Shown here piece after piece: positions 50,253 to 61,027 of a DNA stretch of 64,000 nucleotides. A model generated the notes under the pieces. The model did not search any database. It saw only the letters and a program-made list of their open reading frames with translations, and was not told the DNA's origin. Numbering within the stretch: position 1 is the stretch's first letter; every line of letters starts with the position of its first letter. The stretch is taken from positions 77,004,001-77,068,000 of the forward strand of contig OZ024743.1 in the NCBI GenBank assembly GCA_964016885.1, written 5' to 3'. The DNA is from Eledone cirrhosa (taxonomy: Eukaryota). The position numbers and the translations under genes were made by a program.

Positions 50253-51254
50253 ATGAACTAACTACATCTGGGCTTGTTTTGTTTGTTGTTTTTTTTTATT
50301 CTATGCACAAACACACGCACATATATATATATACACACATAGAGAACCCCCGCCTCGATTGAGGAAAGTGGGGTTCTTCTCAGAAGACCTTCTGCTGCCT
50401 AGTTCCCCTGAGTTTCCTACCACTCACTACATGGTAGAATACGTATATATATATATATATATATATATGCATGTATGTTTATGATTTTATTTGTTAAATT
50501 TAGTGGAATAATCAGCCAAAATTGAAGTGAAAGTGAAAACAAACGTTGAAAAATCGACTAAGAAACTGCGTCACTCAACGAAAAAAAAGATATTAAATAA
50601 ATAAAAAAAACATTTTAATATAATAAAAAAATCAATAATAGTCGGAATTTATTTAGCTACTTCACCGAAACAATGTAACAATATGAATAATGAGACAATA
50701 AAATGAAAATAGAGTTTCACTAGCTATGTCCTTCATATTTTTCCCTTTTCTTCATTCATTTAGTTGAAAACAAGGAAAAAGTCTTTTGTTTACATGTCTA
50801 ATAGGACGGCCGATACCAATAACATCGCTTTGGAAGAAAACAAACAGCAATGCTTGTTATCATAACAATGTTGGATTCGTTACATTAAAATACGAGAAAA
50901 GAAGACTGTTTATGTAGAAGAGTTTAAAGTATGGACCAAAATAGTAATAATTAGTTTTATTGACGTCGGAAATGACACATTGTTCATATTAAAGGAGAGA
51001 CAGGGATATTTAAGTGCACACACTGAATATAAGACAAATCAACAAGTCTGAAACATGAATTACTTTTTAAAAGAAAATCTTTCGTATTTTTTTTTAAATA
51101 CTTTAACCCAACTTCATAAAAAACAAACGAGGAGAGAAAAGACAATATTTAATGACAATTTATAGTAAATTTTACAATGTTTTTACTCACTTTTCAGAGT
51201 TTAAAATAAATACCGTTCGTTTGTCGGCGAGAGGAGAAATGAAAGGTTTCTTAC

Positions 51255-51397
51255 CTGCGGCTGCTTTCTGCCTTGAATATTTGAGCGATTTCTTTTAATA
51301 TTTCCACAACCTTGTTCCAATCAGTATTTCTTTTTAATTCAACTTCCAGTTTACATGATAAGGAATGAATATTGGCAGCCGCCGTGTCTCGGTCCAT
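51255..51397 (-). CDS. ATXN10: Ataxin-10 orthologue, coding exon 1 (MDRDTAAANIHSLSCKLEVELKRNTDWNKVVEILKEIAQIFKAESSR)
   Basis: ATG at 51397-51395 in ACCATGG context; 47 codons plus 2 nt, then donor AG|GTAAGA. Phase 2 matches exon 2. VEILKEIAQIFKAESSR resembles human LEALRALTALFKEQRNR (recalled). Confidence 0.8.
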
Positions 51398-51542
51398 GGT
51401 CTACTGGTTGGTGGTTTACATATGTGGATATCTGTTTAAACGTGAATGTCTGCAGCAGCAGCTGGAATCAGTGCTATTTCGATTAGGTTTTATAACTAAA
51501 ACACTGATTACAGATACTATTGTTACTTGGGGCACTTGTAAG

Positions 51543-51706
51543 CATGTTAGAGCTCTCCACACTGCAACATATTAAAGTTATATTTAGTATGTTAGAGCTC
51601 TCCACACTGCAACATATTAAAGTTATATTTAGTATGTTAGAGCTCTCCACACTGCAACATATTAAAGTTATATTTAGCATGTTAGAGCTCTCCACACTAC
51701 AACATT
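51543..51706. repeat. 45-bp tandem repeat, 3.6 copies, about 145 bp upstream of the ATXN10 start codon
   Basis: Unit ATGTTAGAGCTCTCCACACTGCAACATATTAAAGTTATATTTAGT. Confidence 0.95.
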
Positions 51707-51939
51707 AAAAATTTAAATTTTTCACGTTTTAATTGAACGTATTTGACAAAAAAATAATTTTAATCTCATTTTTCTTGTTGTCCAATTTATTTTGTAAATT
51801 GTTAACCTTTTAATTTTTAGTGTAACTCTTACTCTTCTAATCTTATCCTGATAAACATATATACCCTATATTTAATACATGGGTGGAAATGACGTCCTCC
51901 ACCACCAAATAACTGGGTCCCAGCCAATAGGATGGAGAA

Positions 51940-52095
51940 TATATTGCTCTGGAGGACAGCGAGGGGGATACCTGCGAGCGGCCAACTCTGCTGCGATATC
52001 AGTGAGTAGGGATGTAGTCCGGGGACAAAGAATGCCGGATGTCTCCACTGTTACAGGCGCTACCACAAACCTATCAGAGAGCAGCCGATAATTAT
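51940..52095 (-). mobile_element. CRE-like fragment, divergent family
   Basis: YRLLSDRFVVAPVTVETSGILCPRTTSLLTDIA aligns to the KY..L...F.P..VET.G..G motif. Confidence 0.55.
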
Positions 52096-52372
52096 AAATA
52101 ACGTTGAATTTATTAAAGTCTGAAACAAATTTGACCAAGTTTTCATACGTTCAATAGTTTTTTTTGTTGTTTTTTTATAAATACAATTAATTATTGCTAG
52201 TAACTTAATAATTATAATGCATAAAACTATATGATCGAAGCGAGTTTTCTTTCTTTATATCTACTTAGCCTTATTCGTTAAATAATTTTTTTTTAATTAT
52301 AAATACGGTGGTGAATTCACTTTCATTTTTATTTGGAAAAAACAAGAGTCACTGATAGTGGTGTGTACAAAG

Positions 52373-52885
52373 CATATAAATAAATTTACTGTAGAATAAC
52401 ATAACAAATATGTTTTAAACATATACATATATACATAAATAACATTACAAATGCTTAGAAAACATTATAAATTGCTCGCGATTCTTTCAGAAACATATAT
52501 TCCTTTAATGTTGCAATATTAAAGAAAATGTAAAGGAAGGGGTGAATAACCGAGCCAACACCAGAGCAAAAGGCAGCAACGTCGCGAGGAATACCGGGAA
52601 ACCTTTCAAAAGATTTTTAAGGCAAGCCAGCACACTCGCAGTGTTACCTCGGGTGATGGCCAGGCTGATGCGCTGGAACAACCAAGCGCCCTCGCGAGAT
52701 TCGCCAGTGGAGAGAGGAACCTCGCAGTCGGCAGTCCGACTCCCCTAAACGTATCGAAAGCCACAGGCTGAAAAATGTAGCTGGCCGACAGATCAGAGTA
52801 TTTGGGGGTCTTAGTCCGCTCGGCTGCGGAAGCTGTGGCTCTCGTCCAAACCGCAGCATCCAGGATTTGTGGGAATTGTATTGGA
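52373..52885 (-). mobile_element. CRE-like 3' fragment, same family as 61028-61545
   Basis: Direct nucleotide homology including the 3' UTR; KYSDLSASYIFQPVAFDT. Confidence 0.8.
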
Positions 52886-53361
52886 ACAGACAACTAACAA
52901 GTTCACTTTTTTTCATCTTTTTATTCTATTCTTTTGCCTGAAACCCACTTACATAATAGTCGCAGCATTGTTATGTGTCGCTCGACCAGGTAGAAACAGT
53001 AGCCAAATACCCCTCAACAAATAGTATAAATCTAGTCGAGTTAACTCCCTCCTTTTGGGAATGACAAGCGCTGAGAATGTGTGTAAGAATGCGAAAAATA
53101 GCTTATAACTTCTTTTTCCGTCTTTTAAGAGTCTTCACTATTAGATATTCTACGCTTATATATATTATTGAAATTATTTTTTTTAACATTAAGAAAGATC
53201 GAAAGTTATAAAAAAGTGAAATAATTTAAACGAAAAATATTTCCCAGTTTAATATTGGTTCAAAAAGAGGAAGCGAGAATAGTCGCTCAATCGGTTAAAA
53301 ATAGCAGCCAAATTTCCCCTGAACAAATGATCAAGTCACTCATCACACTATTTTCTTACAC

Positions 53362-53839
53362 CAGTCATGGTCAAACCGCAGCCAGTTTGGCTTTCTAAAT
53401 GGCACGCCTAATTTCAAAATTACCTTGAATTTGATGATCCACATCCTATGTGACCCACCTTATGATGGTCCACCTCATGATGAGCCACATCCAATGTGGT
53501 CCACCTTATGATGAGCCACATCCTATGTGGCCCACCTTATGATGATCCACATCCTATGTGGTCCACCTTATGATGAGCCACATACTATGTGACCCACCTT
53601 ATGATGGTCCACCTTATGATGAGCCACATCCTATGTGGTCCACCTTATGATGAGCCACATCCTATGTGACCCACCTTATTATGAGCCACATCCAATGTGG
53701 TCCACTTTATGATGGTCCACATCCTATGTGACCCACCTTATGATGGTCCACCTTATGATGAGCCACATCTTATGTGGCCCACCTTATGATGAGTCACATC
53801 TTATGTGGCCCTCTGCTCCAAAAGGGTTGCCCATGCCTG
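53362..53839. mobile_element. hAT-like MITE filled by a 31-bp minisatellite
   Basis: TIRs CAGTCATGGTCAAACC and CAGGCATGGGCAACCC; 8-bp flanks TCTTACAC and TCTTAAAG (6/8 match). Confidence 0.55.
53432..53810. repeat. 31-bp (15+16) minisatellite
   Basis: Unit CCACCTTATGATGAGCCACATCCTATGTGGT. Confidence 0.93.
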
Positions 53840-54544
53840 TCTTAAAGAAATGTCATAAAGACTATTGTTTCGTTGTCATTCTTATTTTACTCTACTCTAG
53901 TTCCACCTTATATGTAGTTCCTATTCCTATTGTACCAGTTTTCCCAATACCTTCTTAAGTTCGTGTAATAACGGCGATCCTGAGTGTAATGCTTTCCTTT
54001 CAGTTTCGAAAATAAATATTGATTATGACAGGCAATAAAACTTTGGAAACGGATTAACACAATATTAGTTAGAGCAGGTGTAATTTTAGGTAAAACTGGA
54101 AAAAAGCGGCGTAATTAAAAGTGAAGTTGACTATAATGGGAAATATCAAAAATATCTTGGCTTTTCTGAATGAGTTTCGTTTTGGTGTCGATTTTTACAT
54201 ATTATTTTGGATGTTATTTTTAATATCTTGATAACATTTTGTAATATATATTTAGTTGTTTTGATTTTATTGTCAGTAATTTATATATAAATCTTCTTTC
54301 ACACACACATATATAGAGAGATAGATAGATTTCTTTATTTACCATAAAGGCATAAAAAGAAGGGACAAATACAAAGGGGGAGTTTACATATAATCGAGTA
54401 AAAAGGGTGTAACATGAAAATAATCGAAAATAACCTCAAAAGGGAGGGGACGTGATGGGGGTTGCACACACCCCCGAAAAAGTGTGCAATCCTTTGCCCG
54501 GGGAGCACATGGAGAAGGTGCTCCCCTCTCCTTTACTTCTTTAC

Positions 54545-57500
54545 CTACAGGATGGTATACAGAGAAGGCCCATTTACACGAGCCATTCTCGCCACTATCA
54601 CCCACCTTTCATAAAACTGCCTGTGGCCAAGCACCTCTCTCTCCATTCTTATCCTTCTTCCGAAGTGATATCGGAAGAAGTAGACCAGACTATGGCCAGA
54701 GAGGAAGTTGCCTGACCTCAGACCTTTCAATCGTGTCCACCAAACAACCTCTTTCAACATGGCTATTACGCACAGAAAAACCGCCTTTGCTTCCTTTGTG
54801 AAGAGGGGAGGCGGTTTGATTGTCATCACGGACTCGGCGGTCAATTTAATCGGCGCCACCCGCGACAGCAGTTGTTCGGCGTAGCCCCACAGATCAGCCA
54901 CGCCCGGACATTGCACCAATGCGTGCGCTACGGTTTCTTCGTGACGCACGCATCTAGGGCAAATCTTTTTTGAGGGATCCCTGCCCGGGCGCCCGTGTCT
55001 GTAGAGCCTCTCTCGAACGGGTAGAGCCCCTCGGTAGCACTGCCAGGCCAGTGACTTCTGGAAGTTGTCCATTGGTCCTGGGCCGAAAGTCCTACCGAAC
55101 AGGCTGGCCAGTTCGTCTTCTTCCATGTCCAGCGACTCTCCAAGGGTGTCATCGCCCCTGCTAGCCACCAGCCCTCTATAGAATGATGAGGTGGATTCTC
55201 CACCGATGGCCCGGCCCGCTTGCCAGAGAGCCCTGAGCGCCTGAGCACACTCAGTGTGCCAGTCTCCCAGTTTTCCGGATCTTTGCTTGACCCAGGACTG
55301 TAGCTCGGTGAGTGAGACGAGTCTCGGAAAGGCTCGTTTCACGAACGGAGCCCACACCGGTTGACCAGTGAGGAATACCTGTAGGTGCCGTAGCCTTAAT
55401 GCGTGCCTACGCATCATCAACCACGGCATCCCCAGCCCTCCTTTCGAAGGTTGTTGGCAGCAGATGGATCTTCTCACCATAGGAGGACGCTTCTTCCAAA
55501 GAAATTGGAAGAGCATGCGTTCCATGGTGGTGAGTGTTTCCTTAGGGCAAGGCACGACAGTCAGGCGGTAGTAAGTGACGGACGCTATGTAAATGTTCGC
55601 CACCTCCGCCCGGCCTTTTAGGGACAGCTTACACTTGGCCCATTTCTGGGTTAGTGCAAACACCTTGTTCGTAACCTCGTTCCAGTTCTTTTCCACCTGG
55701 AGGTCCGGTCCAAACCAGACCCCAAGCAACTTTACCGGGCCCTCCGTCCAGTGTCCGACGACACCGTCAGGAGGCATCGGTTTGCCTCTCCACGTTCCGA
55801 GTTGCAGCCCGATGGATTTTTCCCGGTTCAGTTTCGCTCCTGACAACCTTTCGTACTCCTCCAGTAAGGTACCGATCGCCTCGATCTCCGAGTCGGTTGA
55901 TACCATTACTGTTACGTCATCGGCGTAGGCCGACACCGCTTTGCTCAATCCTGGTTCCAGGGGGATACCCTGCAACAACTCCAACTTCCTCAGTAAAGGC
56001 TCGAGAGTCAATACGTACAGAAGGGAGGAGAGAGGGCACCCCTGTCGAATGGATCGTGTGATTTCGAACGGCTTCGAAAGGTAGCCGTTCACCTTGATCC
56101 TAGAACAGATGTGGTTGCTATGTAGGGCAGTGATCCAGCCTCTGAAAACAGGACCGAACCCAGCCGCCGCTAGCACCGCATCCAGGTAACCATGGTCGAC
56201 CCTATCGAAGGCCTTAGACTGATCCAAGTTGATCAGGGCCCCACCGAAGCCGGGTTTGTTGCCAACCCTCTCTATGATGTATCGCATGAGGTGGAGGTTA
56301 TCGTGAATGGACCTGGATGGGATAGCACATGTCTGCGCATCTCCCACCAGGCCACCCACGACAAGCGCCAACCTCTTTGCTAACACCTTGGCCAAAATCT
56401 TTAACTCTGTGTTTAGCAGGGTTATGGGCCGAAAATTATTTATACTATCCCCCTTGTTCTCGTCCTTCCTCACCAGCGTGACTACGCCCTTGGCTACAGA
56501 ACAAGGAATTCTCCCGTTCTGCTGCCAATTGCAGTAGACCGCTTCGAGGAGTTCGGAGAAGAAGACCGGCATTGCTAAATAAAGTTCGTAAGGTATACCA
56601 TCGAGACCTGGAGATTTGCGTCTGCTGCATTGGCTCAGCGCATCTCCGATCTCATCAGCCGAGATTGGTCCCTCGCAGGACTCTGCCTCTTTGTTCGAGA
56701 GACGCGGCAGGCCGTCGAGGTATGGACCGAAATCCACGCCCCGGCCCGGACCCTCGCCTCCCCCGAACAATCGGGCAAAGTGCTTTTGAAAGGCCTCGCA
56801 CATCTGCTTAGGCTCCCGGATCACTCGTCCATCTTCGTCTTGCAACGACCGGATGGTGGATCGATTTCCACTTTTAGCTTCTGTCACGCGGGCCCATCCA
56901 ACGGCTTTGGCCCCCTCATTACCTAGAGCACGTATTTTACTTCGAATGACGCAGCCTTCATGCTTTGCATCGAAAAACTGGTTCAAGGCCGTCCTCGATG
57001 CCAGCACTCTGGCCACATCTTCGCTCTTGATTGCCTCTTCTAATTTACCTGTTAATTCTTTCTCGTTTCTATTCCTATTGGCAGCTAACATCTTGCTATA
57101 ACTTATTGATTCTGTTCTAATCTCTCTTTTGAGAGATGCCCACCATCGGTTGTTGACGATTGCACCCGTCAACCTCTCCTTAACTAATCTGCTAATCCGG
57201 TTTCTGTAAGTCTCTTTTGCCGGTAAAGACAAATTAAGTTTCCAGTAACCGGGACCCTGTCTATGTGTTTTCTCGAGATTGACCACGCAGGTCACTAATT
57301 TGTGATCCGTGTAGCCAACCGTGCGCATTTCTGGACAGCTTAATATGTCCCTATCCTTACTTCTAACTAAGAATCTATCTAAGTACGATCTAGATTGACC
57401 ACTGTGGTTTCTCCAAGTCCAGGTAGGCACAGTTGGAAAATCTAGTCGATATCTATCGACCAAGTTAAAACGGTCGAGTAACCCCTTGAGGCTGTTACAC

Positions 57501-57982
57501 CCCCCTCTATTAGGACATGCTCCTGCATAGTCCCAACGTGCATCCAGGATGTCATTCCAATCCCCCGCTAGAAACAGGGAACGCGACGTTCCCAGAAAAG
57601 TCTCCAAACGCTGGAAGAAGTCGGGCCGTTCAGCTCCGAAAGGGGAGTAGACGGCGACCAGTCTCAAGGCCGCACTTTCACTACTGCCAACGTCTAGCAC
57701 CAACAAACGACCCTCCGGGTCCGAGTGCACAACCTGTACGGCAAGACTCAGGTGTTTTTGCAGCAGCACGACAACCCCACCCCCACCTCCAGGTTGACAG
57801 AGAGATGCATGCACCTCAAAGTCATCGAAGGTGGGGGCCAGCTGCCGCATGACGCTGATTCGAGTCTCACAGATAACCATTACATTTATACTACATGACC
57901 TGAGGTCATTTAGAAGCTTTGCTTGCTTCCAAGTTGAGCCCAGGCCACGTGCATTCAAACATCCTACTCTTAACACATCCAT
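54545..57982 (-). CDS. LINE ORF2: AP-endonuclease + reverse transcriptase + C-terminal CCHC zinc finger, uninterrupted 1145 aa
   Basis: APE motifs CLNARGL, CETR, VYSP, GDWN, YLDRF, TDHK. RT motifs SPGLDGIP, NFRPITLLNTELKILAK, LDQSKAFDRVDH, RQGCPLS, YADD, LLGV. Zinc finger CPRC..EETVAHALVQC. GPGYWKLN linker typical of L1/Tx1. Confidence 0.96.
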   Translation of the reverse strand: MDVLRVGCLNARGLGSTWKQAKLLNDLRSCSINVMVICETRISVMRQLAPTFDDFEVHASLCQPGGGGGVVVLLQKHLSLAVQVVHSDPEGRLLVLDVGSSESAALRLVAVYSPFGAERPDFFQRLETFLGTSRSLFLAGDWNDILDARWDYAGACPNRGGCNSLKGLLDRFNLVDRYRLDFPTVPTWTWRNHSGQSRSYLDRFLVRSKDRDILSCPEMRTVGYTDHKLVTCVVNLEKTHRQGPGYWKLNLSLPAKETYRNRISRLVKERLTGAIVNNRWWASLKREIRTESISYSKMLAANRNRNEKELTGKLEEAIKSEDVARVLASRTALNQFFDAKHEGCVIRSKIRALGNEGAKAVGWARVTEAKSGNRSTIRSLQDEDGRVIREPKQMCEAFQKHFARLFGGGEGPGRGVDFGPYLDGLPRLSNKEAESCEGPISADEIGDALSQCSRRKSPGLDGIPYELYLAMPVFFSELLEAVYCNWQQNGRIPCSVAKGVVTLVRKDENKGDSINNFRPITLLNTELKILAKVLAKRLALVVGGLVGDAQTCAIPSRSIHDNLHLMRYIIERVGNKPGFGGALINLDQSKAFDRVDHGYLDAVLAAAGFGPVFRGWITALHSNHICSRIKVNGYLSKPFEITRSIRQGCPLSSLLYVLTLEPLLRKLELLQGIPLEPGLSKAVSAYADDVTVMVSTDSEIEAIGTLLEEYERLSGAKLNREKSIGLQLGTWRGKPMPPDGVVGHWTEGPVKLLGVWFGPDLQVEKNWNEVTNKVFALTQKWAKCKLSLKGRAEVANIYIASVTYYRLTVVPCPKETLTTMERMLFQFLWKKRPPMVRRSICCQQPSKGGLGMPWLMMRRHALRLRHLQVFLTGQPVWAPFVKRAFPRLVSLTELQSWVKQRSGKLGDWHTECAQALRALWQAGRAIGGESTSSFYRGLVASRGDDTLGESLDMEEDELASLFGRTFGPGPMDNFQKSLAWQCYRGALPVRERLYRHGRPGRDPSKKICPRCVRHEETVAHALVQCPGVADLWGYAEQLLSRVAPIKLTAESVMTIKPPPLFTKEAKAVFLCVIAMLKEVVWWTRLKGLRSGNFLSGHSLVYFFRYHFGRRIRMEREVLGHRQFYERWVIVARMARVNGPSLYTIL

Positions 57983-58015
57983 GTGGGCGGCAGAGCCAAA
58001 GGAGAGTGTAGAGAC

Positions 58016-59921
58016 CTACCTTTCCGCTTCCCGGGGTTCGGGTTGCACGACTTCCATGGGGTCGGGGGTGTTGGGTGAAGGGGTGTCTTGTGGTGGTGTG
58101 GGGTCGTCAGTGTGTGGTGGGGTTGGGGTGTTTGGAGTTGTGTTGGGGAGGGGAAGGGGAGGGGGAAAGCTTTTTAGTAGGACGCGGTTTATGGGTTTGA
58201 CAGAGGGTGGTCCTACGTCCTCCTTAAAATCCTTTTTTAGTTTTTGGTAGAGGTTCATTGGGATTTTTATTAGTTTTAAATGTGGGTGGTTTTCTGACGA
58301 AACAAAGTTTACACCTTCGGTTTGTACCGAAGGATTATTGTATATGAGTTCATTTAATTTATTATTGTTTCTGTTGATGTAAGTATAGTGTAATGTCTTT
58401 TTTTCCGATGGTGTGAGTGTTTCGAAGAGGGGAGGGGCAGGTTTGGTTTTGTTTGTTGCTGGAGGGGTGTTTTCTGTTTTGTTAGATTGTGTTGCGATTT
58501 GGGTGGGGGTTGTTTGTCCTTGTGTGTTTTGCACATGTTTTCTTTTTTTCCTTTTAATCTGTCTGAAGGACTCCGTTTCTTCCTCCGAATTCGTTGGGTT
58601 ATCTTCAGTGTTGGAGGGAAGAGGTATGTTTGCTGGTAATGTTTCCGTGTTGGTTTTCTTTGTGGGGGAGATGGATGTCACTATGTTAGACTGTGTTGTG
58701 TGTTGTGTCTGCGGTGGTTGTGTTGTTTTATTGAGTGAGAGGTTGGGTGGGCCTGTATTTTGTTTTGGGGTAATGTGTTGTGACTGTTTGTGTTGTGGTG
58801 GTGTTGTGGTTTTACTGAGGGACGGGTTGGGTGGGACTGAGTTTTGTTGTTTGTTTATCTGTTGTGGTGGTGGTGGTGGAGCTGGTGTTGGTAGCAGGGT
58901 TTTCTTTTTGTTGAGTTGGGGACAAGCGGCCTTCAGGTGCCCTCTGCCTGCACAGATATGGCAGGACGGCCTTCTCCCCTCCACGCTAATGTTTATATGC
59001 CCGTGGTCCTCTAATAGGATTCTGTCGGGTATTTGGGCGATGCGTTCAGGCTTCATTTGTACTACCAGCTCTATACCTGTTCCACTGAACGCATTGCCTG
59101 TGGTTTTCCCAATGGAAATCACGTTGTCATTCACTGGATCGATGAAGCCAGCTATGAGCCAGCAGTAGTCCACATCTGGCATCATTGCATCCAGCCATAT
59201 GCGTTGAGTTCTTTTCCCCATATAAGATGGATAAAAGGTGAAATTTTTCGAACGAATCGGTGACAAAGCACATTTTTTTTGCCGCCGATTCGTTCTTCAT
59301 GATAATTGCTAGGCTTCCATACAGTCTGTCTTTTCTTATGAAAGTGGTTTCATTAAGTACTTCTGTGAGTACTGTTTTGATATCTGCTTGAGAAGGCTGT
59401 TCAGGTTTTTTTGTACTGTTGTTGATGGTCCGAAACTTGACCGTTCGGCTTTCAATGTCTTTCGTGAATTCTTGAGGCATTTTTACGGATAAAATACCAT
59501 TCTCTCCTTCACTTATGTATTGTTTGGCGTCCGTGATCCTTCGTACCACATCTGAAATGTTTTCCGCTATATAAGTCAAAGATTTCTTTGTTTTCTGTGC
59601 AAATGAAATCTTGTCGTCTGCTTTGTTTTCTGATATGGTGTTATTTTCAACTGTTATTTTTGTGTTTGTTGTGTCTTTGTTTGTGTTATTAGTATTGTCA
59701 TGCAATTTTTCAAATTTTTTTTTTTTTTCGTTGTTGGAATCCAAGTCCAGATTTGTGTTTTCGTCATTTAATTTTTTCTCCGCAGATTCGTCTGTTTTTA
59801 TTTTAATTTTTCCTTCCTTCTCTATGACGTTAGTTGGGAAGGAAGGGAGGACTAAAGCGTGCGAGCTTACAACTCTTACCGCTGTCCCCCCACCACTATT
59901 TTCGTTCGCTGCGTTTAACAT
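58016..59921 (-). CDS. LINE ORF1 (zinc-knuckle nucleic-acid-binding protein), split by a single frameshift near 59273-59280
   Basis: Overlapping ORFs 59921-59127 and 59266-58016 fuse to 634 aa if one A is removed from an A8 run. Contains a CX2CX4HX4C knuckle (CHICAGRGHLKAAC), a Pro/Thr/Gln-rich region and a KRKKRK basic patch. Confidence 0.8.
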
Positions 59922-60156
59922 TTCTGTTAGACGATTGAAATTTTTTACACAAAATTTTTTAAAACAGGTTTTTCACCTCTAGGAGGGGTAAAGATGAGCT
60001 GACCCACCGCCTGACAGTTCAGACGGAGGGTCAAGCTACACAATTGTATCAAAATTAAGTTTGAACTCACAAAATTTCCTCAATAAATTTGAACAAAACT
60101 TCTGTGCGAAGTGAATGACATCCACACTGTAGAACAGACGACAGCTAGATTAATAG

Positions 60157-60272
<116 letters not shown>

Positions 60273-60379
60273 TTCAAAGTACCGTATCAGTAGCAGAAGC
60301 CCAACTGATCTCTAAACGAATAAATCAAAAAAAAACAATGAATTACAGATATATTACCGATTCTATGCATTTTCTTTTT

Positions 60380-61015
60380 CTTGTATGACTATGTACAATA
60401 GTTAGAGAGACAATCGAGACCGGCGAGTCAAACTAAGGCGTCATTTATAGTATTATGGATTACCTCCAGACCACTGGGAAAACATCTGAGAGGGGCAATC
60501 CTGAACAACATACAGTACTGTCTGGTCAGGGTCCCCACAGTAACATACAGTACTGTCTGGTCAGGGTCCCCCACAGTAACATACAGTACTGTCTAGTCAG
60601 GGTCCTCACAGTAACATACAGTACTGTCTGGTCAGGGTCCCCACAGTCACATGCTGGGCTGGCTTTCATTTCCCATTGATGGAGATGATGGTCTGTCCTG
60701 GAATGTGTTGTGTGGATCTGATTAAGGGACACCCATTGCTTTCTGGAAAGTTCAAAGATGGCTGGTTTAGATGTGGGGTCCTGGACGAGGTCTTGGTTGG
60801 CAAATTTGAACTCATTCCATGATCTTCACCACTCTTCCTTCAAATCAAAGTTATTGTCTTGAAGGGTCTTTGCTGTTTTAGCCAGATAGTCGTATTTCGC
60901 TCTCGACATAGCTTCTGCATTGATCTGTTGGATACGTAGTTTTCCTGATGTGGGTGAGAAGTGGCAACCTTCATGTGGTCCACGCTGTATGGAATTCATT
61001 CCAACTAATGCCATT
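60380..61015 (-). mobile_element. Ingi/Vingi-like LINE 3' fragment with an internal 33-bp repeat (paralogue 6715-6960 on +)
   Basis: DPTSKPAIFELSRKQWVSLNQI....HHLHQW.MK.SPACDCGDPDQTV..VV..CP. Confidence 0.65.
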
Positions 61016-61027
61016 TCTCAATATATT

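Larger units (their letters stand above)
54330..60152 (-). mobile_element. Near full-length non-LTR retrotransposon, L1/Tx1 clade (about 5.8 kb)
   Basis: About 230-nt 5' UTR, zinc-knuckle ORF1, 33-nt spacer, 1145-aa ORF2 and about 215-nt 3' UTR ending AATAAAGAAA. Both ends abut (GATA)n/(GA)n. GC- and CpG-rich relative to the flanks. Ends approximate. Confidence 0.9.

Noticed and set aside
51372-51575. Divergent head-to-head gene starting at the CCATGG that overlaps the ATXN10 ATG, with GTAAGC at about 51538
   Set aside because: No recognisable protein similarity or downstream exons, and the ORF runs into a tandem repeat.
58413-59168. 251-aa antisense ORF within LINE ORF1 (also 59611-59982)
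   Set aside because: Expected from the strong A/C skew of ORF1, which leaves few stops on the opposite strand; low-complexity product.
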